Positions 49,682 to 63,485 of a stretch of DNA of 64,000 nucleotides are shown here, piece by piece. Location: the NCBI GenBank assembly GCA_965649765.1, contig OZ287756.1, forward strand, positions 42,284,001-42,348,000, in the 5' to 3' direction. Numbering within the stretch: position 1 is the first letter of the stretch; every line of letters begins with the position of its first letter. Below the pieces are notes generated by a model, which searched no databases, was not told the DNA's origin, and worked only from the letters and a program-made list of their open reading frames with translations. The DNA is from Bispira polyomma (taxonomy: Eukaryota). The translations under genes were made by a program, and so were the position numbers.

Positions 49682-52600
49682 TAATGAGAAATAATATTAT
49701 GCCAAAATTGGCTTTAGTGTCATTGAAAAAGGTAGAATATATCTAATTGCCTTGGAACTTGGTCCTCTGTTGTGTGTACATATTTAAAATAGTCTGCCAT
49801 CACTTTATTCTCAAGGTCATTTTACAACTGGCTTCTGGACCCTGATTCTGTGGTCAAAATTACTTTTTGATGTTTACTTTAGAGTACTGTACCACAGTTG
49901 TGGACATATATACTGTTGTGGGCTTGCTAAGGTTTGGTTTGTGTATGGAACAGAAATATTGCCAAAGTATACTCTGTATTGGTTTGCTGTTCCAGTAAAC
50001 TGTCCGTCCTGGCAGGAAGCACAGGTGTTAAAAACAACGTTTAAACACAAACTCCTGCTGCAATCTTGTGATAACAAAGCGCTAATGCTGCTGATTGATG
50101 GCCATCGGTTCAACCATATGAAATTCATGGGGACTCAAGAAGTGTTATTCTACCATTATTTTCAAGTCTAAATTCTCACTTAAATATGTTGGTATATAGA
50201 CCATTTCCCTCGGTAAGAATGCTTTACCTTGGCTTTGCTTCTGTAGTCAAAATACCGAGTATACGGTGTGCTGGTGGCCTTTACTGCCATCCCCGCAGCT
50301 TAAACATTGATTTGGACAGCTATACTCTTCGTCTTCGAACTGATGTGTCAAAAATGGAAGTGATCTATGTGAGTAATGTGCCACATGACCAATGTGGTAA
50401 GAAAAGACATTAGCCCCCTGGTGTGCAGTGGGAGATATGGCTATGGGAGTTTCAGATGGTCCTTGGGTGATTTAACAGAAGAAATTATTATTCTTATGAA
50501 AAATAGATTTTTTGTTTTATTGAAGAACTGGAAAATGATGGGCCTCTGTGTGGATGAAATATTATAGTGAAGTGGAAATAAATCCGTGCCAGTTTATACT
50601 TATCAATGATCCCTAGTTTCAATAACGTGCTACACTATGGTTGCATTAGTATATATATGTCATGGTGGATAATCCAAGTGGAGTCTCTGCGACAGAAAGT
50701 CCAATTATGAATATTAGAAGATTAATTTAAAATTACTGAATATACACCACTCAAAACATGAAACTAAAAACTTAAGTTTGTGAAGGTAAAAAGAGAAATT
50801 GTAGTAACGGAAAGAATAATAAATTATGAATGCAGATATCAAGGTACTGTGTGTGAAGAGTAATTACAATTTGTACTCCCACTTTTAGAAACAGTGTTGT
50901 CTGTGGATTCCTATTCCAAGATGTGAAGATGTACTAAGTAGCCTGGGTAACTGCACAAAATGCAATTAATCTGATAAAGGAAAATTGTAAAGACCTAAAT
51001 GGCTTTATAATGGGTATCACTGGGATGTGTCCAACCACGAGTAATTTCACAGTTTTAGGAGTTAGTTGACAATCATACTAGAAAAAAAAAACAGAATAAA
51101 CGCTACAGGGAATCTAATTGCACTTCACACTGGGTCAATATGCCAGAATAATTACTACATTAGATAGTTAAAGTCGTAAACAATGGTAAACAGTTTTAAA
51201 AAAATAAACTTAATTTCAACACGGAATATTTTTTTTTGGTCCAAACTTGTCCTTTTATTGTGTTTTTCTAATGAAAAGTTTCTACCAATCTACTGCCAGC
51301 ATAAACTTGAATTGGACTTTTTACCATGCATCCATCTGCAGTTATCTGGTATACAAAGAGCATCAGTTAACTTACATTCTCCTAACTGAAGAGAGTGAGG
51401 CTTACGAAACATTAATTAAGAGCATTCTTGACATTTGACTATGCTACAAATACATGACATTGGTTTTTTTCTAACAAGTAAATGACCCATGGTTGTATTG
51501 TAACATGCTCCTATTATTGCATTTGTCATAATGATCTGTTTATTATTATTAAGTTATAAATGTGGCTATAAACCTAAGATTAGTTGACCAGTCGAGTTAA
51601 TTATGAAAAGGGTTCTTACATTTTTATTGTAATATTAGATTAGGGATACCTAATTTGTTCAAGTTGAATTCTGTCTATTTTAATAATCCCCCCACCCACA
51701 GTTCCTCGGTGTGTGGTCAGATAAGATCAATTTAACCAACAAGACCTTTAAAGGCAATAGAGAAGAATGTGGTTAAATATTTTATTATATAATAGCTAAG
51801 ACTAGCAATGTTTATATACAGTTCAAATAATAAGGTAAAATTTTAGGGCATAAGGTCACCTTAACTGAAGTAAGTTTATGAGTTTAAGTTTGAACTTAAA
51901 CTCTAATTTCTATTTTGAAGTTTCAAATCTAGAGTTTAAGTTCAAACTTAAAAGCATTATTAGTTTAAGGTTGACAATTTGAGGTTTGACCTGTAATGTT
52001 AAATTAAGGATACTTAATTTGCTCAATGTGAAACTTGAATTCTGTCCATTTTAATAATTCTCCCACCCACACACATCTATACCACACCAGCCTTGACACT
52101 TAGCATCCAGCCATACACATAGCGACACAAAGGAAGGTTAATCGTCTGGTTGATTCCTTGTTTTGAGAGGGAGGTGGGAAGTGTGAGAAAATCCTTGGCT
52201 AAGAAATTGCCAATTTCTGAGAGTAACCTAATTTACGTGATTTGGATAATATTCTGGAAAAATTAGGAAGAAATATTGCCAGCTGACCATGTGGTGGGTA
52301 TAGGGTTGAGTACCCAGGGGGGATTTAGGGGTGGTGGCTTGTGTATAATTGTGACCATGTGTTTGTTGTGGATATCCCAGACGTCAGCACATTTACAGAA
52401 GAGTGGAAACTGTCATCTGAATGATGCAACGTCTTGACTTGTACTAGAGGATTTGCACTGTATTGTCTTTGAAATGATTGTGGTTTGGTAGATCATTAGG
52501 GCCAATTACAGCCAGCCTTCTTCTTCTTATCAAATAAGTAGGACACATTTAAGATATTTAAACTATGAAATAGGTAGGAATGTTTGGGTATTTCATGGAT

Positions 52601-55600
52601 AAAGAGCTTATTATTGATAAATTGGCACAAAACAACTAATCTGGGGGTCTTTAAAACTGCCATCAAAACTGAAATCTTACAGGGTTGAACCACAAATACC
52701 TGTATATGCCTTACTACACACACATGGTGTTAGTTATGTAAAACATACAGGTTTCGCACATGGACATGCTGTTTAATCTTGTTTGTCTGGTTATACCCTA
52801 TCGTCATCAAGTAGTAATTCATCAATATAGTAGATACAATCGTTGACTTCTAGTGGTGAAATAATATGATAACTTGAAAAAAACAAGTTCATACAAGTTA
52901 GTGACATGAAGGGCTGGGACACAACATTAAAAATAGCTCAAAACATTCAGTAAGGAATATATATTGCAACTCTACACTACTATTCTGGTTTACATTAATT
53001 TGTAATTAGGACCTCAGAAAGAGATACAAATTCGGCAATTACATTTTACCTAACCGTCTATATATATATGGGTTCATTAGTATTGGGTTTTTTTTACCGG
53101 ATGGGCAGTGGTGGCCAAACATTGTCTCGAAACCAGAGGAAGTTCATATTTGGCACACATTTTTCTTGCGAAGTGTAGATGTGTAACGTCATGGTCTGAT
53201 TTGGCCTGAAGGGTGTGGGGTTTTGCTATATCCAATGCAATTTTTATATTTGCCAATGGAACACTTGAAATGCTATAACAATGAATTGCATATTGCTGCA
53301 GTGACATAAACAAGTAACCATGCCTTCGGGGGTTTCATTAACACACTATTAACCCTCTTTCCTTTGTGGCCATTGATGTCATATTGTACCTCTCAACTGG
53401 TGATTGTTACCATGGTTTTTACAGTGACTAAATGACCACTGAGGAAATTAATTAAATAAATAACAAATGGCAAAAAAATGTTAATTTTTTGCTGTTTTGC
53501 AAGTTCAATACATGCTGGTACATTCAGTAGTACCACAACAGGCTCACAACAATATCATTTAGAAATAATTTTAAGCAGATGCATACAATTTATTGACAGT
53601 GAGTCGTTTACACACAAAAAACAGATAATTAATTTTGTCTTTGCCATTGCTGCAATTAGGCGTGAGGATATATTGACCAAATATATGGGACCTGAGACTT
53701 TTTGGGAGACAGATGCACTGTTATTTTATGGGTCAGTAGCATTTCCTGTCTCCCAACTAGTTTGTGGTATGTAAGCCCCCCACCCCCCCATAAAGTATAG
53801 ATTGATAATCAGAAACCAGCAATTAAAGGCATAGCTCATAAATACTCTCCTTATTTTACACTGTATTTCATCTTACAACGAAATACAACAGTTATTGCAA
53901 CAAATTGAATAAAACACTAAAACCCTTTTACAGCACCTACAATACATAATGTGTCATTAAATAGGTGTCGTTAATAAAGTCATTTCAACAGTTCTAATTC
54001 GGGGCAGCGTCTTGTGCAAAGTCAGACAATTATTTAGTTTAGTATTTACATATTGCATGTGTTATTGTTGTCACTTGATCAGAAGCTACATTTAAAAAAA
54101 AAAAAACACAGTACAAAATAGAAAACAAATTTGTTTCAGTAACACAAATATGAACAGCATTTCTTTGTAATTCACTTCCGAAACTGTAACATGATAATTT
54201 GTATCAGTGCCATGTAATTATAAGGCTGCCTGAAACCAACAATAAACACGTCAAACAAAAAAGACACTGCTAATGAGAGCCCCAATAGCACCCCCCCCCC
54301 AACCGCCCCCCCCCCCACCAATACCCACCCACACCCCTCTTTCATCATCTCCAGCCTTCACAGGACAGCCAGCCATATTGTAATGAGTGATATTAAGTCT
54401 ACACTTAACATGTTTCTAACAGTGTATGTAGCATATTAAACACAGTCTAGTGGTGACTTGATTTTAACATTAACTTAAAGATGGTGTGTGTTTAAGCCAT
54501 ACTACATCCACAAAATATTGTACTCACTATGCCATAATAGGAATATAGAATAGAAGGGTTTAAGTACAGTTAGTGGTAATGTCTGACGAAGGCCTCAAAC
54601 TGTAGAAGCCAGTATGGGGAGGGAATACATCAGCCCCCCCCCTCCGAGTGGCCTTATGTAACCAGCAAGGGGCTTACTCTCTATTGACACAACTCTCCAA
54701 CGGAAAATTGTCAGGTCTTTTTGTAGAACACCAGACAGTTGGAATAAGACACTGTTATCTATTGGAATGCTGTCCAAAGATCTAATTTGATTGGACACAT
54801 AAAATATAGATAATCTAAAGACCAGGAGTAGTCGTAGATGATAATGTAAGATTTATGGGATAAAAAGGTATGTATTGTCAAAGTTTTGTCTGATATGGCA
54901 GTTCTCCCTTCGGTGCAGCAGTTTAAGTTACAACTTAATCCCCAAGGATGTGATTTGTAAGCACTTTTGGAGCTGAAGTGTTGGAATGGATGCCTCTATA
55001 CTGTTTGACTTTATCCATGGAAAATACCATTTCATTTGTAACAGTGTTGGCCAAACAGAAAAAAACCTGTGTCCAGACACAAACTAGTGATTGTTCGGCA
55101 AATGTGGACAAATGCAAAATACTTTTCAGGCAAATAAAGTAAGGTTTTTAGCAATATAATAATCTTCTAATTTAGATGAGCAAAAATACTTAAAATTTTT
55201 GTTCGCTCTAATATTTGAACATGGTGTTAGATATTGTAAAAGGAGTAAAACTGGGGTATATCGTTTTGGTGCTTTTAGATGCTCCCAGGGAAATATATTC
55301 ATAGCAATTTGTAGACAATTAACTATATATTAGGTTGAAGTCTATATATATATACAAGGCAGACCTATCAATCTTGTGGAGAATACATCCTAGTAGTTGC
55401 TGTACAGATTTATGTTTGAGGAGTCTCTCTTATTCACTAGGAGGATTTAGGGAGGAGATCAATTCGCAGATAAATGGACAGAAATTACATTCAGTATAAA
55501 ATGGAGAGACACTCATTACTTGTAAAAATATAGGCCTTTTAATCAAGTGCAACAAGGATAGGTTAGCATGACCTATAAGAACTACACAGTTTACATAGTC

Positions 55601-56578
55601 CATGTATATAGTTGTGACCAGGGAGGTAGTATTTTTGAAACTTGAATTTTTTGGTGAAATCAATGCACATCAAATAATATAATAACAGATTTGTAAGGTA
55701 ATTTGTATCCTTACAATAAGTCGATATCATTATACATGCTGTAGACCACAGTAGTCGAAAATTGTAAAAGATGGTCGTTTTTGAAAAATATAACAATATA
55801 TGATGTAACAGTAAAGCACTTGATATCAGTTATAGAATGGAAACTTTGATAATTGAAGGTCGACAAGAGGGAGTATGCATATGTTCAATTCTGTGGATGA
55901 GTTTGTAATGAAAAGTTTGTAATATTAGTTAGAATACATGAAATTAAATAAATATTGAGTTTTTAAAGGGGGTTATACAAGGAGTCTAATGATTTACTTT
56001 TAAAGCTTGCCTGGGAACAAAATCAACATTATTGTCGGAGATAATGTAAGAATCAGTTTGCTTTATCTCTGGATTTTTCTGGTGGGATGTGCCTCTTACT
56101 GATAACAGTTATCTATACCGGCTGAGCAAATGCACTTTAATTATACAGTATATTTTTTGTAGTTAATCTGAGCTACATTTACTGCACCAAATAGACAAAA
56201 ATACAAGCAAAGCAAAAGCCATTGATAGAGAGATAGACATGATAGATTGAGTTGATATTTGGGACTCGCTAAAGGTTGGATTAGTTTGTTTGTTATAAAT
56301 CAACAACCCAAACAACAAAAACAACAAAAACAGCTGCAACGGAAGGCAGTGGGCAGTAAACTAAGAGGAATGTGGAATCAACAAGATTTGACCAGTGGTC
56401 AGTTTGCACTCCAGAGGGAAATGTGTAGTCTGATAAATAGGCTTCAGCTCAGGTCAAATGTGGACTGAAGTGGGATAATCTTCCTCTGTTATAATACACT
56501 ACTGTGTTGTGGTAGTCAATGCTTAGATTTGTTGTTTGCATTTCAAGTTTGGCTAATAAAAATCTCTGTACAATATAA

Positions 56579-56584
56579 ATGTTG
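56579..56584 (+). CDS. Candidate minimal alternative first coding exon D (Met-Leu)
   Basis: TATAAATGTTG|GTAAGT: A-rich context, consensus donor, phase 0. Preceded by UTR-like GA- and CAA-rich sequence from ~56220. Confidence 0.35.
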
Positions 56585-59500
56585 GTAAGTGCACAGTTTG
56601 TCATTTACACAGGGACTAGGAGAAAGCCATGTAGTTTAATGTGAGTTATTTTGTTTATTTGCTTATTGGACAGCGCATTTTTTTATATAATTTTCAAATC
56701 AATATATTTCGTATATACAATCCAATTTAAGTTATGGACAATAATTAAATTTAATTTATTAAATAATATAATATTGTGTATATTAAACAAGTAATTTGTA
56801 GTCATTAACCATAGCTTCGGTTATTGCTAGCCATTTGTTGTATGTTAATGAGATACATCCAAATATAATCACAAAAATATAGAACATCTTGGTACAGGTA
56901 CATTCCATTGAAATAAGCATGTTGACGACTTTCCAACATATGTGATGATGTTATTACATTAATCAATATCAACTCGGAGTATGCATATCTTATTTGAATG
57001 GGTCAGCCCTTCCTTTATAAAGTGACCATCAGACACCATTAAAGGATTAAGCTATTCTGGATATGTGTTGTCTAATTGTCTGTATTCCACAGATAATATC
57101 CATTTTACAAAGACTTAGAGTAAAGATTTTTGCTCCCTCCATTTCAATAACCATAATATTTCCTTATTCGTTACTGTTAAATACAGTTGTTTAATAAATT
57201 CAATCACTGAACGTAAATTTGGGTGTGGGTTACAAACTGGTTAAACACATCTGGCTGGGAATTTATGGTGGAAATATTTTTAGAATGCAAGTAATGAATA
57301 TCTTTTCCCCCAGACCCGATAGTTCATGATAGACGTACCCTGTAAAGTTCCACTTTGTGTATGACTAAATAGATATAAGATCCAGAAATAAAAGAAGTAA
57401 ACTGATATTTATAAATACAATTTACCGATATATATATATATCTTACTTCCAGCCTAACTAGTTTAAGATTGCCATAAAGCCTGTTTATATATTGAGTAAA
57501 TATACCCACCATGTACATCATGGAACCCCTCATTAGCCGTTGTTACCACTGTAATTAAATCTTATGCTCACTGGCTGTAAACACCAATTTAGTCACGAGT
57601 ACTTACCATTTTATGGTCCATACAAACAAACTCTTATACCATAAACACTTCAACATTTGACCATAAAATTTACACTTCCCTTGCAATAAACAAGCACAGA
57701 ATGCATTAAATTCTTACTTTTACTGCTGTCAAAAAAAACGAAAACAGTCTGATTTATATTATCTAAAGGACAGCTTGTCAAATGTCTTGATTAAATAGGG
57801 AAGGTCAAATGTGAAGTAGGATAATCTAAACCACAATTGTAGCTCTAACATAGCAAAAGGTGCTTATTAAGGGTTACACGGTATTAATTCCTATACATAA
57901 ATCTGTCTTTGAGCATCCCATATTGTGATCTACTCAGGGAATAGGTTTTAGGATGAATGGCCAAACACAACATAGGACATATAGTATCCATGCCTTGTCT
58001 GAGACGCTATTTACATATGTGATCACTGAGGTCTTTGGACAGAAATCTGATACCTGTGAAGCCTTATTGTGTTAATGGAGATTTTTATTCCTTTGAGGCA
58101 GTAAGAGGAGGGGTGGGGGGTGAGTGGGGAGTTTTAATACCTTTTTTTATTAAGTGTTTTCACCTTACAGAGTGATGTGGTTTTTGCCCATCCCAGGAGA
58201 AGCACATAACCAATGTTCATCCCAGTGAATGTGTATGCCTCTCTTCTGATATCCTCAATTGATAAGGCAAAATGACAAAAATTAGTTCTGTTTAATCATT
58301 GATTGACATCAAAATTTGATCATTAATGCCATATATATTTCTTAGTGTATTTGGATGAATTGATACATCTCCTCAGTATATGGAATCTGGACATTCATTG
58401 TTCATGGTAGAGGTTACCAAAAAGGATCTTTTGATAAATGGAATATACCAAAGCTATCAACCAGATGTGAAGTTTTCTATTTAGATAATTCAAAATTTGT
58501 TTTAAACATAAATAAACATAAGTTTCTGTAAACACCGATATGGATTGATATTGTGAAACATAAATGAAACTTAAAATATATCCTATAAAAAAGGGCTTCA
58601 CTACTTATTTACACACTGGAAGGAATGTGGTAAATGGAGAGAGCTGTGACTTTTATTGATGGAACCATCCATTGCCTTCAGTAATACAGTACATAGAGGA
58701 GGGAAAAAAACAGCCTCACATAGGTGACAGCACACTGCCTATTTCTGCTTGAAATGATGAGGATGGTTTCTTCTTTTTTGTCCTGTATAAATATATGAGA
58801 TGCATACTGGATAACTCAGTGGTATTTTTGGCAAATATTTTTTTTATTATCCTTATATTTCCATTCTGCTTATGTCACCTTCTGTATAAAGAAAAAAGTA
58901 TTGCAGGAATAAATGGGATAGTTATATATATTATATATTTATATAGACAGGAGCTTTATTGAATTTTGATGATAGAGTTCCAGAAGACATTAAGAACATT
59001 GCCCTAGTCATATGCAAATTTGTAATACCAAGTGGGGTTGTTTTTTGTCACTAGCTTATGTGTGGGAGGTTCTTCCTATCCCATGAAGTTCTGTGAAAAA
59101 TAATTATACTAGCTGATTGGGACCAGTGAGAGAAATCCTGTCTCATAAAAGTGAAAAAGCAGCTTTGATGATTAGCTGATTTATTGACTTAGCCACCCTT
59201 CTTCCACGATGGTTGCTCAAAATACAATAAAAATGCTTTTTTAAAAAAAATCTACAAGATGATAAAATGTGTTTTTCCAAGTGCAAAAGAAGGCTCTGTA
59301 GAACTAGCTGATCAGCTAAATCTCTACTGGTGGCATTTTACATGCCGAGTTCTTATGGCTGGTAGATAAGTGGATGACTGCAACAGATGGAAATGGGATA
59401 AGGCTAGAAGTTATTAGATATAACATCCCACATTATTTTTTTAAAAACTCGAAAGTAGTGGAGATAGAGACTCAGACCAAGATTACTATGTTTGTAGGAT

Positions 59501-59957
59501 TTGTGTTAAGTTAAAATAAATATAACACAATAGACAAAAGGAATATATTTAAGGAACCAGGTACAGAAACCAGTTCAAGTTGATACTTCTTAGTGATTGT
59601 GTGTGTCAATAGAATTAAAGATTCCTTGTGTAAAACAGCACACATACTGGATAAAGAAATGTATCAATAAAACTTGTATGAGTAAGTAAAATCTGTAAAA
59701 AATCTGTAAAATATTTTTAGTTTTGTAGGAAATTGGAGAATTGCCACAATTAATGTGCAAATGGATAATTGTTGAACAATGCACCTCAAAATGGGATACT
59801 CTATTAAAAAAATACTGTTCAGAGTTTGATATGTAGACTTTTCTACCGATAAGTACTATGTCAAATATCTCCATTTACACATAAAAGAATAAATTAAGCT
59901 TCCAAATGTACTTTGGGAAAAATCTTACCCGATGCATCGCTTTAATATCGTGAAATT

Positions 59958-62204
59958 ATGGAGGGGACAAGTTCGATTGAAATGATAAATGAGAATAAAA
60001 ATGGGTCAACAAGTACCTTTACTAAGTCCACTGTAAAAACTGGTAATAACAAAGGACATTTGGAGACATGTTTTCCCAGTGGAGGAGGTGTGTTTTTTAA
60101 AGGGGACAATGTGAACTTGTTCACTGAAGAGACAAATCCTTTAGATTTAATGAGAGGCAAAAAAGGGAGCATCGGCTGTAGCTGCAGCATCGAAGATGAG
60201 GATGACACCAAAAACAAAGCAGTCGTTAATTCCGCATTGGGCCAGGGTGATAATTTGTGTTATGGCAGCGAGCTTTATGGCCAAGAAATCTCCAAGGAAG
60301 GCTGTATGGATTCTATTCCGTCAGAAAGTAATAGCAATGCGATTAGGGAAACTGGTGAAGCTTTGAGAGAATCGAGCATCTTAATCAATGTGGATGGTAC
60401 AACGGCTGCTACTGCTTCTGATGCTATTGAACCCGATCATTCGGCACAGAAATGCAAAGCCAGTCAATCAGCCCAGCTGGGAAAAAACCCCTGTGAGAGT
60501 TTGGCACTGCCCCCTTGTGTGACAAACCTGCACCTGTCACTCCCAAGCCTTCGCCCAACTCCTGACGAGAGGTCCACTCTGAGTCTCTCCAGCAGTGCAG
60601 CAATAAACAAAAACAGTGCAGCCTCGTTAGCTTCTAATGTGGGGTTAATTGGCAATGATCCAGCTGAGTCCAGAATAGAAACTTCCCGAAGCCTTTCTTG
60701 TATTAGAAACAGTCACACTCCTGCTAGGCTTACGGTTCCTGTTGAAGAAACCAGCCAGTCTTGTTCTCGAAAGAGGAAGAGGATTGGCTTGCTCAAAAAA
60801 CAAGCCGCACTCTGTGACAGCCTTGTTGATGTGTCTCTACCATCAGGTATCAGTAATTCATTATCAGACCCCCCAGATATGGGGTGTCCACCCAACAATC
60901 TCTCCCCTAGTCTGTCCTATAATAATAAACCTAATCAGGTCATACAGGGCTCTTCCTGTACTCACACCCATCTATGTAGCCCTGAGAACACATATGCTCA
61001 AGCTTTCAGACCACTATCTGGGGGCAGTACTGGTAACATATCCAGTGAGCAAGTGACATTCTTCGTGGACACACAGCAGCATGCAGAGCCACCACCGTAT
61101 TACTTAGAAACCAGGCAAATAAGTAAGAGTAACTCCCATGAGAGGTTTGGAACTACTAAAAGACCTTATAAGAAAATTAGTTTTGTTAATAGAAATTATT
61201 GCTCACCTTACTTGACAGACCCCCGTGAACCTTTACTGAGTAGACATCAGAATGAGACAAAAATTGGGCTTGGAAAAATTCAGCCCAAATCACTACCTTC
61301 AGTTATAGAACAGATAAGCAGTCCTCACTCTCAGCGTCGTGGGCAACGGGGTAGTTTATTTACTGGAGTAACAAGGTCGGTAAGGGAATTCCTACTCCCT
61401 AAAGCAACACACAGCTTCCCATCATTGACACTAACACAAAGTGCCTGTGACATCTCTAAGAGAAATCTGCTATTGAAGTTCTCAAAATCACAGAACAACA
61501 CGAATATGAGGCCACCTCTCCAGAGATTTAACACATCAATAGGCAAGGGGTCTACAGATAGCATCACTTCGGTCCCACCATTGTTATTACTGGATCAGGA
61601 TGAACAAGAGCACCTGAAAGCTGGAAAAACACTAGGCGGCAATAACCTGCAAAATTTTAGTTTCAACGACACTCCGTTGTTGGTGTTTGAGAAATGCGAC
61701 CACAATGAGAGATTTACCAAATCGGCCAGTGGGAATATTTCCAACATGTCTCAAACATCGGATCCAAGTCTTCAGCAGCAGAAGTCTTCGTCTGAACATC
61801 TGCCCACCTCCTCCGGCTTCCATCCCCATCAGCAGCAGCTCCACCTAGCAGATAACCTGATCTCGCCCGATCACTTGGGTCCATCTAGCACCCGTCGACA
61901 CCTGCATGGTGCTAACCAAAAGGGTTCATTCATTGGATTACATAAGATGTCCAATAGTGCCTCAACCTCCTCATCTTCCTCCAAGAAGAATACCTTTAAC
62001 AGGAATGTCTCAGATAATGGATTACCCTCCTCCCACCTCACCTCAAGGAAGTCTTCCCTCAAGATACCGCTCCATCGGGACTCCTCACTACCCCAGGGGC
62101 TATTACTGCACCATCGACCCTCCCTAATCTTCAGGACTTCCTTCTCTAGAAGGGCCAGCATCACCCCATCATTGAGGAGGCTACAGCTCAGATTTGCTAA
62201 AGAG
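59958..62204 (+). CDS. Large alternative first coding exon E (749 aa, Ser/Pro-rich, probably disordered, ends RRASITPSLRRLQLRFAKE)
   Basis: 780-codon ORF, ATTATGG start with in-frame TAA at 59943, donor GAG|GTGAGT phase 0 at 62204/62205. No recognisable folded domain. Confidence 0.85.
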
Positions 62205-63412
62205 GTGAGTGAGAGAATTAAGCTGATACTTGTCACTTATAAAATGTGTTCAAGTGAAAGAGTAATAGGGCCACCTATTGTGTTCTGTTTGTTGAGATAA
62301 TAACATGACTTGTGGACTTTTTATGTAGTCCTGATACTCTTCTATAGTATTCCCTTAGCTTTCCTAATTGTTAAATAGTAATACATCTTATATCAAAAAT
62401 CAGGGTGAACCACTGTTCAGTACACTAATCATATTTATCAAAGTTGCATATACAGAATCATATATTATAATAGGTTTGAACTTATTTGCAGAAAAAAATA
62501 ATGCAACATGATCTGGTTAATTGATCCTTTGTCTCGAGTATGCTATTCATTTTTGTAGCAATTAACAATACAGTGGAGGATTACTTGTAAGCAGCGGTCA
62601 CTCAAACGTCTGACCTTATCAAGCAAAGATGTAAACTAAAAATGTAAAATCACAGCTCAATTTATATGAGTATACTGAAAAAGAAATAAAGTCATATGGA
62701 ACTTTTAACTGTAGTTGGTTTAGGTAAAAAAAATTTGATCAAATGCAAATTCCCAGTACTGTAATTATTTGATCATTAGTGGATTTTGTGTCTCTTACCA
62801 ATAGAAAAAAACATGTGCTCTTTACCAGTCCAGTTGTATTGTATGTCACTACTATAGTGTTATTTTAATTAGATTATCACATGAAGCACCCCAAATATTC
62901 ATAAATGTTTTTTATGTCATTCATATCTATAGCTCACTTTGCTATCGATTCAGAAAGTTACAATCAAAAATTTCTACTACTTTTCTCAGTTGATAAAAAA
63001 ACCTCGATAAGGCTGATTTGATTGTCTTGGTGCCCAAACAGAGGCCTTCTCTTGTAAGTAAGCACAAACTACAAAAACAATGGCACTCAATTGATATGAA
63101 GCCAAATACCTCTGCTAACATCTACAAATAGTGTAATGTCAATTTGTATATACGAGCTAAGCATTAAAAAAAAGGTCTGAGAAGTGACATGCTCCTAAGT
63201 ACATGTTACAATCGTAAACTCACGCTTTAAGTTAAGTTTCAGAATATTGCAACAAATTCCGTACCAGTAATTCATTCTTTTCAGACTCATCAATTGCTTG
63301 TTTCCTCCTTTTTAATAAAGTAAAGGGCTCCCTAAAATTACATATGCAGTTTTTACTTCGTATGATGTCATTGAATAGTCAGATAATAAGACCACTGTAT
63401 CTTGTGTCTGAT

Positions 63413-63485
63413 GTGTGTAGACATCTGCTATGTGTAGACATCTGCTATGTGTAGACATCTGCTATGTGTAGACATCTGCTATGTA
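63413..63485 (+). repeat. 17-bp tandem repeat, ~4 copies
   Basis: TGTGTAGACATCTGCTA repeated. Confidence 0.95.

Noticed and set aside
13377-62204. Assigning a gene name (AMPK-gamma and PDE were considered)
   Set aside because: Only a faint resemblance (EDEPGSFFAK) and an architectural analogy. No conserved domain lies within the window.
59942-62236. Antisense and alternate-frame ORFs inside the 749-aa exon, and those opposite gag/pol
   Set aside because: Shadow ORFs of real coding sequence with no independent support.
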